A stretch of DNA of 64,000 nucleotides. Origin: Azolla caroliniana. Lineage: Eukaryota; Plantae; Polypodiophyta. The translations under genes and the position numbers were made by a program. Positions 50,302 through 63,210 of the stretch are shown here, one piece after another (within the stretch, counting starts at the first letter, position 1; each line of letters starts with the position of its first letter). Under the pieces are notes generated by a model. It was not told where the DNA came from, made no database searches, and saw nothing but the letters and a program-made list of their open reading frames with translations. The stretch is from NCBI GenBank assembly GCA_043228905.1, contig JBHGNT010000015.1, forward strand, positions 14,694,001-14,758,000, in the 5' to 3' direction.

Positions 50302-53300
50302 TGTAAAAAGAATAGTGTGCGGAAGCAATAGGAAACCGAACACAGAAAATACGCAGGTTTAATGGAGAGCTTGTATATGCACAGTACAAGGGAGAGACAG
50401 AGAGAGAGAGCACACAGAAATTCAATTCAAAATAATACTCAATCTGTACATACACCGTGCTCAGTGAGCACCTTTTATACAAACCCTGACAATAGGGCTG
50501 ACACAAGTACTAACAGTACTTGACCGCTCATAAATGAGCCTACTACACTAACTCCCAAAATTATTCCTTACGGGGAATATCTTCCCAACGGCCTCGCGGT
50601 TTTCATACCGATACGGCCATGTTATGCGTACCGATTTATGCACCCAGTCTACGCATTGGGTTATGCATCGTGTTACGCACAAATGTTGAGCTTGTCTCTC
50701 AAAACTGCCCCTCAAGCTCAACTTGAGATTCCACCTGCTCCATCGGATCTATGCTCCGGTTCCTTCTGGCTTCACGCCTCACTCGTGCTCCTCGACCCTT
50801 CCGGTCGGCTTGTCGGCTTACACGGCCCTTCTCAGCTTCCTGGGTGTTGCGGTGTTGGCGCCTCTTCTGTTGCCTTCTCTTCCGCTTGGCCCTCGGTTGA
50901 CTCAGCGTATCCGAATCAAACATCTGAACCGACTCGACTTCCTCCGATCAGTTTTTGCTTTCATCTGAGTTGGTTATCTCCAACTCGTCTTCGATCTTCT
51001 CACCCTTGGTTGGCTTCGGCTCTTTCTTTCGACTGCTCCCCTTATGTCCGCTTTCGGAATCTTCCACGGGTCCGCCCTCGGCTTCTTCAACCGATCCGAA
51101 ATCGAATTCGTCATCCGACTCGGCGTCGCGGTCTTCGTCTTCCGGAACTTCTCTCCCTCTTCCGTGGTCATTCGGGACGTCTCTCCCCCTCAAGTTCGGC
51201 ATGCCGAGGTGACGCAACCCAAGCGCACATGAGAATTGTCGCAACTTGTCCAGACCATGTCGGCGGTCTGCCGATCCGTCGAAACATACTGAAGTTCGAC
51301 TTCACTGGAGAGGACACGCTCACAGACGAAATGGTAGTGCACCTCAATGTGCTTAGTCCGAGCGTGGAAGACGGGGTTCTTTGCTAGCTAGATGCTACTG
51401 AGGTTGTCGCAGTAGATTGTCGTTGGATCGGATACCTCTATCTGTAGATCCTTAAGAAGCCGCTTCAACCATATGGCTTCGCATGTCGCGACAGCCACTC
51501 CTCTATACTCAACTTCGGTGCTTGACATCGCAATTGTCGGCTGCTTCTTGCTACTCCACGTTGTCGTGCCTTTTGGCACCAGATCGTTGCGTGAGTCGGG
51601 TGGGAACCGCTTGGGTTTTGGACTAGGAAGAGGAAGAATTTGAGACAAGTTTATAGTTATGGATAGATTATTAGAAAGAGAGATAGAAATCTTGTGAATC
51701 CCACGAGTGTATTGTATTCAATTAATCAATATTTAGATAAGAATATGTATTTAGATTGAAAGAAAGAGATTAAAAAGAATTTGTGAATCCCACAAGTATA
51801 GATTATTTCGTGAATCCCATGAATATAGTTTGTTAATTGGTGTTTTAAGAAATATATCCAATTTCCAAATAATCCACACTCCTATTACATTGTGCTCCTC
51901 ATCTTATATAGTGATGAGAGAGTCTTAACAATCCATGCTTTTTCTATAGATAGACTCTATGCTTTTTCTAAAGTGATCCTACTTTTTCTAATTTGATGCG
52001 TTTTTATCGATTTTGGTGTTCATGCACACTACATGTGCATGCGTAGCTTTTTCTTTTATTATGCGTTTTCTTCTAACTAAAGTTTATCCTAGCGTGAACT
52101 TATCTTTCTATGTGGGACGTTTACTTTTTTAACACTAATGATATGTTAGTGTAATGGTAAGGCTTAACATTATAAACATGGAGGTACAGGGTTCGAATCC
52201 TACCCTATGCATGTAACAATCTTTTCTTTTATTTACAAATTTGTCTCTTCATCCGGTCCTCTTCTCACCAACTCTCACCGGCCTTCTTCATCCGGTTCTC
52301 ACCGGGTACTCTTCATGTCCCATTCGGAGAGACAAAAAATGTGTTTTTCACATTGTGTGCGAATTACACTACAACAACGCGATCGCGACACTCCCAAGAG
52401 AGAACGCGAAACTGGACGTGGATCGGCGATCGCCAGCGTTTCCAGCCCAATCAGCATCGGTGTAACCGACCAACTGTGCAGCAGTATCGGGCCGATATAG
52501 TAGCCCCCGGTCCTTAGTGCCACTGACGTACCGAAGTACGCGTTGTGCGCACTGAAGGTGCTCCTCGGTCGGTCGCACCATGAACTGACTAATCACCCCG
52601 ACCGGGTAGCTAAGATCTGGTCAGGTGATGGTCAAGTATATAAGGCTTCCGACTATTTGTCGGAACCTCGTCGGGTCGTATACCTTTCCGGATTCGGAGC
52701 GAAGCTTGACGGTTCTATCCAGAGGAGTCGAGACGGACTTACAGTCGACCATCCCGAACTTGAAGAGCATATTCAACGCGTAATGACGTTGGTTGATCAA
52801 TATGCCTTCGGGGGTACGGATCACTTCGATCCCGAGGAAGTAATGAAGGTCCCCCAGATCCTTCATGTTGAATGATGCCGCGAGCTGGAGCTTTACACGG
52901 TCAATTTCCTCAAGGTCGGCGCCGGTGATGACCAAGTCATCAACATAAAGTAAAATACTAACCGGTCGAGTCAACCTTTCCGGATGAATAGTGAGGAGTC
53001 TGATTTTGATGTCGCAAAGTCCATCCGACGCAATCGTTGCATGATCTTCGCATTCCAGGCACGCGGGGCTTGCTTGAGTCCGTAAAGGAACTTCTTCAAC
53101 CGGCACACCGCCGAGGCATTCGTTCCAGAGTGAAATCTGGGGGGTTGTACCATGTACACCTGTTCCTCAAGCTCACCTTGCAGGAACGCATTCTTTACAT
53201 CCATCTGATGTAAGTGCCACCCCTTAGCCATTGCTACGGCTAGTAGAACACGCACAGTAGTCATCTTCGTGACAGGTGCGAAAGTCTCGTCGTAGTCGAT

Positions 53301-56300
53301 GTCGTGTTGCTACGCGTAGCCTTTCGCTACTAACCAGGCCTTGTATCGGTTGACCGAGCCGTCAGAGTTGTACTTGACCTTGTACACCCACCTGCATCCG
53401 ATCAGCTTTACACCCTTCGGTGCGTCAACCAGGTCCCAAGTTTCATTCTCTGCCAATGCGTGCATCTCTTCCTCCATTGCGACACGCCAATTCGCGTCCT
53501 TCGCCGCATTTGTGTAGCTCTCCGGCTCACGCACTTCTGCTACACGTGTCATGTACGCATAGTGATGCGCCATGTACTCATTGTATCTGAACCGCACAAC
53601 AGGGTTCTTCGGGGGGGTAGATTGGCGCAATTGCACATTAGCCGATGTTGAGGCTACCTTAGCCGACGCGGACTTCGCTCTCGAAGACCTGTCATCACTT
53701 CCCTCGGGGTCGGACTCGCGTCGATTCGACTCGTTCTTATCCGAGCCGTAATCCGACACCTTCTTCTTCCCTTTTTCCTTGCGCATAAGCCGTCTCCCCG
53801 ACTTCCTGTGCGGAGAATGCATGGCTGAGTCACCACTACTCGCCGGCTCTTCATCAAACTGGTTGAACCGACTCAGTTGTCCATTCGGTCCGCTTAATCG
53901 AAACGAAATCGGACTCTCTTCGCGGGTCCCGATTTCAGGCTCATCCGGAGGCATCTCGGCCTCGTTGACCTCATCGTCAGAACTCGGATTGGAGGTGAGG
54001 TCCGGAGTCGGAGGCAAGTACCAGGACGTGGACTCGTCAAACACAACGTCGCAGCTCACGCGCGCTTGTTTGGTGCGAGGGTTATAACACTTATAACACT
54101 TCTGCTCGTTCGAATAGCCAACCAAGATACACTTCTCAACTTTCGCGTCCAACTTCCTCCATTTCTCCTTCGGCATATGCACATACGCAATGCTACCGAA
54201 AACTCTTAAGTGTCGCAGATTTGGCTTCCATCCGAAATACAGCTCATGCGCCGACACTTTTTCTCCGATCCGATTCTGAATGTACACTGTGGTTTGTACC
54301 GCCTCGGCCCAATAGAACTTGGGCAAGCTCTTTTCCTCCAACATTGCCCGCGCCGCATCCACAATCGACTGATTCTTCCTCTCGGCCACGCCGTTTTTCT
54401 TCGGCATGTATCTACAACTGAATTTGCACCGAATTCCCAACTGTTGCAGATAGCCGTTGAATTGACCGGAAAAGTACTCTTTTCCGCCATCCGACCGCAA
54501 GCACTTGATCTTACGTCCTGTTTCCATTTCCACGAACCCTTTGAGGTCCCGGAAACAGTCGAAGACTTCACTCTTCTTCTCAATGAGATAGATCCACGTG
54601 TGCCGCGTATAGTCGTCGATGAAGGAGACAAAATATCGACTCCCGCCAAGACTAACGTTCTGTGCCGGCCCCCATACATCGGAATGTATCAAGTCAAGCT
54701 TGTTCCAACTCCGGTTACGCTCCTTAGGGAAAGGAAGTCGGTGTTGCTTCCCTAGTTAGCAAGCTTCACAAATTTGTGCCTTCCGGCCACTAAATTTGGG
54801 CAATCTGAACACCACCAGTTTCGATTGCAAGTCCTGAAGTCGTTGATAGTTGACGTGGCCTATCCGCTTGTGCCATAAGTCAATATCCGACTCGACTTTC
54901 TATCCTTTCGCGAACATTGCGGTGCCACCATCACTAGAGTCGAGGATAAACATCCTCCCGTCTTTGCGCCCTTGTGCAATAACTCGGCCTTCTTCTTCAA
55001 TGAAGCACCCGAGATGCGTAAACCGGACTTACATCCCCTTGTCGACGATCTGCCCGACCGACACCAGATTCTTTGTGATTGTCGGGACGTGTAACACGTT
55101 CATGAGTTTCCCTTTCTGCCCGACATGGCTTAGGGGAACTTCACCGACATTCGTGATCAAATGTGGAGTGTCGTCTCTGGTTGCAACTACTCCCAGTTGC
55201 ATCGGTTTCTCAAGGTATGAGAACCACTCCTCGTGGCATGTCATGTGGTTTGACGCACCGGAGTCGACGTACCACACCTCGTCCAATTTCGGGGTGGACA
55301 TCTTCATCGAGTTCGCTTCGTGTCTCGTCACGAAGGCTGACCCTTTTCCGGCTTTTCTGGACCCTGCGGCGTAGTGCGATCGCTACCGATTTCCTTTGTC
55401 GGTTTGTCCGGATCCGGTCCTCTCTGAATCGGCGCGCTTCTTCCAACACTCGCTCTCCTTGTGGCCTTTCTTGCCACAATACCAACATTCCGCAACGGAT
55501 TTCCCTTGCCGGTTCTCGTCGCCTCGACTCCCCCTGTTTCCGGAGGGTCTGGAATGGTTGTCGGCATCACTTCAGTGCCTTCTTCCTTGATCCCATTGGC
55601 CGCCTCCATTGCGCACCGACTCGCCTCGTCCACCACGACCATGGGGCCTATCTCCCTCCGTGTACAGCATCTTGTTGTCGGCATGCGTGCTTGTCGACGC
55701 ACCCGCGTGGTTCTCCTCTATAAGGAGCATCGACTGTAGGTCGAAAAATGACGGCGTATTCTCCCATGTACACACAACAGTTTGGAACGCTCCGAACTTC
55801 GACGTCAGTTCCCCGAGACAGATTTGCACCATCTCGCCTTCCTCGACGTTCACATCGATAGAGGCTAAGGAGTCGCATATTTCTTTGATCTTCGAGGTGT
55901 AATTAGCCACCGACAAGTCGTGTTGTCGTAAATTGCTCAGCTCCTGTTGGAATTGAAGCTTCCTGGTTGTGGTGCTTGCGGCGAAGATCTTCTTCAGATT
56001 TCCCCAAGCATCCTTTGGCGTTTTCGCATCCCGAATATAGCGCAGGAGCTGTTCGCCAATAGAAGACGCGAAGCAGTACAGTACTCTGCTCCCCGACTGT
56101 TCCCACGCCGGGAAATCTCTGTGTGTTGATTTGGGTGATGTGTCATTTGCTCCGTCGACATAGCTCTAGTAACCGTGCCCGAGCAGGTACTGGTGCATCT
56201 TGTAGGACCAAGACGCGTAGTTGTTTTTGTCGAGCTTCTTGGTAGGAAGCGAGCTAGCCATGCCTCTATCCATCTTGTTTTTCCTGTTCTTCTTGGTTAG

Positions 56301-56760
56301 TTTTATTTTCAAGCTATGTCGACTGCAGAGGTTCTCAACCCTCGCGCTCTGATACCATGTAAAAAGAATAGCGTGCGGAAGCAATAGGAAACCGAACACA
56401 GAAAATACGCAGGTTTAATGGAGAGCTTGTATATGCACAATACACAGGAGAGACAGAGAGAGAGAACACACATAAACTCAATTCAAAATAATACTCAATC
56501 TGTACATACACTGTGCTCAGTGAGCACCTTTTATACAAACCCTGACAATAGGGCTGACACAAGTACTAACAGTACTTGACCACTCATAAATGAGCCTACT
56601 ACACTAACTCCCAAAATTATTCCTTACGAGGAATATCTTCCCAACAACCTCGCGGTTTTCATACCGATACGGCCATGTTATGCGTACCGATTTACACACC
56701 TAGTCTACGCACTGGGTTATGCATCGTGTTACGCACGAATGTTGAACTTGTCTCTCAACA
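50302..56760 (-). mobile_element. Full-length degraded Ty1/copia; LTRs 50302-50704 and 56358-56760
   Basis: TSD ACAAC at 50297-50301 and 56761-56765; iMet PBS at 56357-56346; gag, protease YVDSGAS, integrase IHSDVWGP and RSDGGKEY, RT QMDVKNAFL and YVDDL, RNase H; several stops. Confidence 0.95.
51562..52376 (-). mobile_element. Solo-LTR-like element C (815 bp) inserted in the copia RNase H
   Basis: TGTCGTG...CTACAACA; flanks ACGT and ACGC; removal restores LGSVAIAWSSKK; homologous to B; TATATAA on the minus strand at about 51905-51911; tRNA-like motif at 52145-52210 with a perfect B-box GGTTCGAATCC. Confidence 0.9.
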
Positions 56761-58469
56761 ACAACGTGACTGCTAGAGAGAACAAAAACTCAACGGTTTT
56801 TGGTTATTTGAGTATTCTAGTAGAAAAGGGTATATTCAAGAAGATCAAGGTAAACTTCTTGCTCATTGGACATACACATGATCATATAGATCAAATGTTC
56901 AGCAGATTCTCAAAGAAATTAGCACGATGCGATGGCTTCACGCTTCCCATGCTAACCAAGTTGATCAATGAAGCTTACACATCAAACCCAGAAGTACATC
57001 ATTTGAATGAAGTGTATAATTTCAAACACTTCTACAATGTTGGTGATGGGATGAAGATCAAGGTTCTTGCACCTCTTAATAATATTAGCTTTAACCATGT
57101 CTTCCTAATCAAACGAGATGTTATAAGCCACAACACAACTCTATTGTTTGTAAGTTCTTACTTCATATCCCAAATTATGAAATTCATGGTGCTTAATAAA
57201 TGTCGTATGATGATCGTATGAAAATGGCTTTTGCCATCTCTATTGAAGAGCAAAGGATATATTGGGAGAAATGCCTTGAGGACAAAATCAAAAATATTGA
57301 ACAAACGAAGAGGTATGCAAGTGACCAGAATGTTGACTAGTGGGGTATATCTTCTTCTACCACCAACGCACAATTTTACAGAACTATATTGTCGGATATT
57401 GATCACTCCAAATTCCATTCACATGGACTGTTAGTATGCCTTCGAATGTGTCCACTTCTCAGCATCGATTAGTAGATAATATGGCACTCAATAATCTAGT
57501 TCAACCACAACAAAGAGATGTTTACGTGGGACCAAGAACATCACATACAATCCAGGCAAGATGGCAAGGAAATTTACATGAGCTACAAGTTGGGATGTTG
57601 GTTGCAACATTAGCGGGGGATAACGAGTTTGACCATCCATTTTGGGTTGCTAAGATTCTTGAGATAATGAAGAATGAACAAAGCAATCAACTTAAGTCAA
57701 TTGTGATCCATTGGTATCACATATCTTCCCCTGATGTATTTACTAGAAAGTACTATTTAGAGATGGTCAAGGACGTCGAAGGCACTGGCAAAAAGCTAAG
57801 AAGAAAGAATGTACCTGGCATATCAACTCTCATACTTGATTTTGTTGATATACTTGTGTATGACTTCTCTTTAACCAAAACGGGTCATCTGAGACAAACT
57901 ACAATCAAGATAGTAAAAGAGAAGCTCCCTAATGTAGCGCAATAAACAACACAAAGACAAACAAGAAGCATGTCTCATAACCACATTTCAGTTGGCTTGC
58001 AATTGGATGAAGACGATGCATTATTCGCCACTACGGAAGAGGACGAGACTTCACAATGTGCTACAAGTTCATCAGATGGGTCTGAAAATGATGGAATAAA
58101 CTTGGAAAGCAATAGTTTTGACTCATAAACTGTAAATATTGTATTCTAGATTAAACTATCAAATACAGACTATATATAGATTTAGGTGTTAGTCATTTTG
58201 TATACTATTTTGTAAGTCTGGCTTGCCAATTATTTAGGTGTTTTTGGACATGCCACAATTTTTCAATATGTTAAAAATCAATATATCTATGGAGCATTTT
58301 TAAATCTCCTTTAAGCATGCACATGCCCTTCTTGAGAATCAACTTACTTCTGGTCTTTTCTGTCCTCTTTTTACGTGGCATTCTCAAATTGCGACATATT
58401 ACTTGTTTCAAATGTCCCGGTGTTAATTTTTAAAGCAAAGATAGAAAATAAATTATCAAATTATCATAC

Positions 58470-59110
58470 AATAATGGTGAGCTCAACTATTGCTAAGTTG
58501 TATAGCACTATCATGGAGCAAAAATTAAGTGCATAAGGTGAAAGTCAAAACAAATGAGCACTTGGGCAAGCGGGTTTTAGATCAAAACAATCCACATTAG
58601 ATCATCTTGTTATATTAAGGGTAATTATGAAAGAACGTCGACAACAAGGAAAGACACTCTATGGTTGCGGTGACGCAGTGTTCAACCTATAAAGATATTG
58701 GCGCTACAGAGAGTATATAGATACATTAGAAAAGTCAAGAATATGTCAAATCATAGATTACCACATCTTGCTTGGAATGTTGGATGTAAAGTACAAAAGA
58801 ATCACAAGAGCAAAATTCTCTCATCTAGTTGGGTTGTTCACATCAAAAAATGGTTCAAAAGATGGGACATGGAAGATCTCCTAGAGCTTTCAAGTGATGC
58901 TATGAAATATTTCGTTATTGAGGAAAGATTAAGGGACCCACTAAGAAGTAGAAAGATGCTAAAAGGACAAAATTAGAACCTTACATTGCAAACATCAATC
59001 CTAAATGTTGGGTTCTATACAAGGCAAGAAGGCCTACTGATCGTATTCAACCTTACCTCATTACTAAGATGAGTATTATCTCTTGTAGAGCCCTAACACT
59101 CCTTCAAACT
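58470..59110 (+). mobile_element. RTE-like LINE fragment, internally deleted
   Basis: AKLYSTIME, GQAGFRSKQSTLDH and KVQKNHKSKILSS, matching the LINE family at 27420-29610. Confidence 0.65.
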
Positions 59111-60178
59111 CAATCAATATTGACCCATAGGGACGCTAAAAATGATATCTATTTAGTATCAAGCACTAGTTGAAGCATTGTTATCCACTCTCTAATATTT
59201 ACTATTCTTCTCTCAAATCTTTATCTATTGCATAGAGCGTAGTGCAACAATCCTTTTAAGGTATCATGCATTGGTATCATCTCTCTCCTATTGGGAGTGG
59301 AGGATATTTCCATCCTTAGTTCTATCCCTCATTGTTATGAGAAAGCCCAAGCCCAACCTTGTGAAGTAGCCCACCAATACAAAGGCTATGCAACTTCTCA
59401 AATTGTGAAGCATAGACCCTTATTGGAGGGTGTCTACACTTTTAGGGCATTGTAGATTGTTGCACACTTTTAGTCAATAGACATCAAGGGGACGCTCTCA
59501 ATAAACAATCATCATTGGACTATATGCAAAACCATCAAGCAACATTCATCCACACTTTTTGAGTTTCAATAGCTCTTTCATCCAGAGGGAGGAGAACCCC
59601 AAGTGGATAGAACATGCTTGTTTGGCTTTACCTTCTTAGATGATGTTGAGATACATAAGTACCATTGGGATATTTGAACTGCCTCATATTATCATTACAT
59701 GGACCAACTTTAACTTCATAGATGATGTAGGCATGTCTTTCCTTGAAAACAAGAACCTATTGTCTTGAAACATCCAAACAAATGAAAATGGAAGACCCAT
59801 TCAAATGGGGGCTTGATCTACGTTACCCTGTTCATAAGACAATGTTGCGATACTTAAATATCATTGGAACCTGTATATTACATTCTTATACCATGGATGG
59901 ATGTTGCCATTGGGCGTGAAAATGAAACCCTCTATCTTAGAACATCCAAAGAACTGAAATGGGAAACACATTGAAATGGTGGTGAAATACATTCAAAACT
60001 AACTCCAGTAAATTTTAGTTCCTCATATGACCACGATTACATTAAATTTGGCCCCTTTCTGAGCCAGGATGCGCTAAAAAAGGTTTTCCGGTTTAGTAAT
60101 TTTCATTTGACCTCTCCTGGAGAATGTAGATTTTGTTAAAAGACGGACACAGCTCAATAAATAAATATATAAATTAGA

Positions 60179-62723
60179 TTAGAATCTCCTTCCACCTCGA
60201 TGGCCTCTTCCATAGCCACCTCTACCACCACCATATCTTCCACCCCTTCCTCGATTATAATTCTTATTATTATTGTTGTGATGTTGACCTCCTCCACCTT
60301 GGTGCTTACCGATCTTATCATCGATTTGTGCCTTAAGTTCCTCTGGAAGTGGGAAGATGTTATCAACACATTTTCTGTAACTGAAATCATCAGCTGAACC
60401 ATCCTTGCGGATGATGTAGTAGCATCTGCTCGCATATATTGGGTTCATTCGCACCTGAAAAGCCTCAATTCCGACACCTATCTTGTTCTCTGGATCTTGA
60501 TGCCCTTGCTTTATCAAATCCTCGAGCATCAAAAATTCAAACTGAAATAACAACGTGGAGATATTACATCAGATCAACTGTGTCACTCTAAATAAAGGTT
60601 TTTTTTGAGACAAGAGAGAGGTTTGCTTCTCAACAAACACAACATCAGATAAGAGGCCAAGAAAAGAGATTTGCTTCCCAACCGGCATTGACTAATTATA
60701 TTGGTAGGTTTCACATTGATTTGTGTATGCAATATTACATTACCCAGTTCCGTTCTTCAACATAAACAGCATATTGAAACTTTTTGGCATTGATAAAACA
60801 TAAAAACAGGACAGCAACACTGCATTACCAAGTTTACCTGTCACCTTAAATAGCTTAATGAAAGGTTTCACATTGATCACATTACACTTGGAACATTAGA
60901 ATCAAATATAAATGTTCAAACAGCACTTTTTCCAGCAATTCCTTGACCACAAACACTTTGAATGGACTCAATTCAACAGAAGCAAAAATACAGCACAATT
61001 CATCCATCAAAATTTGCTCATACTCCAGTGGAACGTCAATTCCTATATAATTTGTTGCAAATACCCTGAATAATTCGAACAAACACTAACATCAAAACTA
61101 GCACTCAAATCAAATACCTCAAACAGTTGGAATTTCAGAACCCTTCATTAAACAATTTGTCCCAACTCAAAAACATTTGAACAAATTCTACAGTAAATAT
61201 AAGATGGTCAATATTAGTACTGAAATCAAACACCCCAAACAATTGAACTTTGAAACACTTCAAACAACTCTGAACAATTAGTCCAACTCAAGAACATTTG
61301 AGAAAATGCCATTGTCAAAACTAGCACCCAGATCAAACACTGCAAACAATTGAACTCTGAAATACTTTGAACAATGCATCAGATTCAAACTACTCCAGAC
61401 AATTAATTCAACTCAAGAACGTTTGAACAAATGACATTGTCACAACTGGCATTCAAATCAAACGCCCCAAAATTTGAACTTTGAAATGCTTTAAATGATG
61501 CATCACAATCAAACAACCCCCAGCAATTAGTCCAGCTCAACATTTGAACACACCCCTGAGTCAAACTAGAACTCAATCAAATACGCAAACAATTGAAACT
61601 TTGAGCAATGCACCAAAATCAAAAACTCCAAAGTCCAAATCAAGAACATTGGAATAAACACCGAGTCAAAATTAACACTCAAATCAAACACTCCAAACAA
61701 TCAGTTGTAAAGAAAATCAACACTTACACATTTCATAAGAATCAAAAGACTCTGAAAATAACATCCAACTCAAAAACATTTGAGAAATACTGCTGAAAAT
61801 AGATTGATCAATTTGAATTTGTCGATTGAAAACAACTCTCAACAATTCATTAAATGGAAAATATTTTCAGAAATTCATCAAACACAAGATTCTTTTCAAA
61901 AAAATCACCTGACATTAATACTTTCCAAAACAATTTCCAAAGAGGTCATTGATCACAAACACTTTCCAAAACAGTTCTTTGAGTGCAAACACTTTCTAAA
62001 ACAATTCATCGATTGCAAACAAATGATTGATCACAAACACTTTCCAAACAATCCATGGACCATAAGCACTATCAAATAAATGAATCAACGGCAACCTTTA
62101 TCCAGTAAATTCACCAAACATGTCAGATTCTCAAACATTTTAAACAATTTTAACCAAATTATCAGATACAAAGATATCCAAAGCTGCACATAATCCAAAA
62201 TTCCAAGAACAAAATATCACCATTGTACAAACAATAATAGGAATCGCAAAAGAAAGGAGAGAGGGAGAGAAGGAGGGAAGGAGGGAAGGAAGAAAAGAAA
62301 TAGTTTTCTAGATCTTCTTACCTTGTTAACGTTGTAGTTGAGCGGCCATGTGCGAACAAATTCATGGAAATAATTGAGCATATCTAGAGAAGAAGTGAAA
62401 AGCTTAGGTCCAACCTTAGCTTCTTCGACCTTCTTCTTCTTCTCTTCTGGAACAACAACATCTCCATCTTGATTTGAACTCTTTTTCCCTACTTCTTCTT
62501 GTTCGTCCGGCTCAACGTTCTTTCCATCTCCTACCTCATCTTCGTGGATCTTCATGTCTTCGTCTCTTGTTTCTGCTACAATGGTATCCTTCTCTTCTCC
62601 GCCGCCTTCTTCTGCTACTGATACTGCGGGTACTTCTTCTTTGCAAAGCTTCTTTGATGCCGCTTCATCATCTCCGTCTCTCTCTCTCTTGCATCCATCA
62701 TCTGTGGATACAACAGCCTCCAT
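60179..62723 (-). CDS. EMB514: DUF3223 (DCL-family) protein, EMB514/DOMINO1-like, 254 aa; exons 62723-62322 and 60541-60179
   Basis: VGPKLFTSSLDMLNYF...WPLNYNVNK|FEFLMLEDLIKQGHQDPENKIGVGIEAFQVR...SRCYYIIRKDGSADDFSYRKC; acidic N-terminus; RGG-rich C-terminus; phase-0 GT-AG intron. Confidence 0.88.
61085..62060. repeat. Diverged intronic tandem repeats (about 125-135 bp units, then short CACTTTCCAAAACA units)
   Basis: Recurring AAACTAGCAC...ATCAAA...AACAATTGAACT...CAACTCAA...CATTTGA. Confidence 0.7.
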
Positions 62724-62824
62724 CAGACGCAGACGCAGAAGCAGAAGCAAAACCCTAACAGCACCAAGGAAAGAAGAAGAGGAGCAGGAGAACCCTACCT
62801 CCAGTTCTATTTCTATATGTACAT

Positions 62825-63210
62825 ATATTTCTTATTTCTTATTTCTTTGCCTTATTTTATTTATTTTTTATTTATATTTGTTTTTGTTTTCATTTTTTAT
62901 TTTCGATTTTGTTTTTTATATTTTGGGTTTTGGTTTTGTTTTTCAAATTTTGTTTTTACTTTTTATTTTTTATTTTTTATTTTTTATTTTTTATTTTTTA
63001 TTTTTGGGGTTTTGTTTCTTTTGATTTTTATTTTTCTTATTTATATTTTGTTTTTGTTTTCTACACTTTGTTTTTGTTGTTTTGCTTTTTGGCTTTTGGC
63101 TTTTGGCTTTTGGCTTTTGGCTCTTTGCTTTTTGCTTTTTGCTTTTGGCTCTTTGCTCTTTGTTCTTTGTTTTCTATTTTTGGTTTTCGGTTTTCGGTTT
63201 CGGTTTTTTA
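62825..63210. repeat. T-rich low-complexity tract upstream of the EMB514-like gene
   Basis: TTTTTTA, TTTTGGC and TTTTCGG arrays. Confidence 0.85.

Larger units (their letters stand above)
49870..58126 (+). pseudogene. Sola-like DNA transposase relic, split by the copia at 50302-56760
   Basis: Rejoined frame LPPILYL*LDN-VTARENKN...KVNFLLIGHTHDHIDQMFSRFS; downstream VGMLVA...PFWVAKI...VIHWY domain. Superfamily assigned from motif recall; TIRs not identified; boundaries approximate. Confidence 0.6.
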
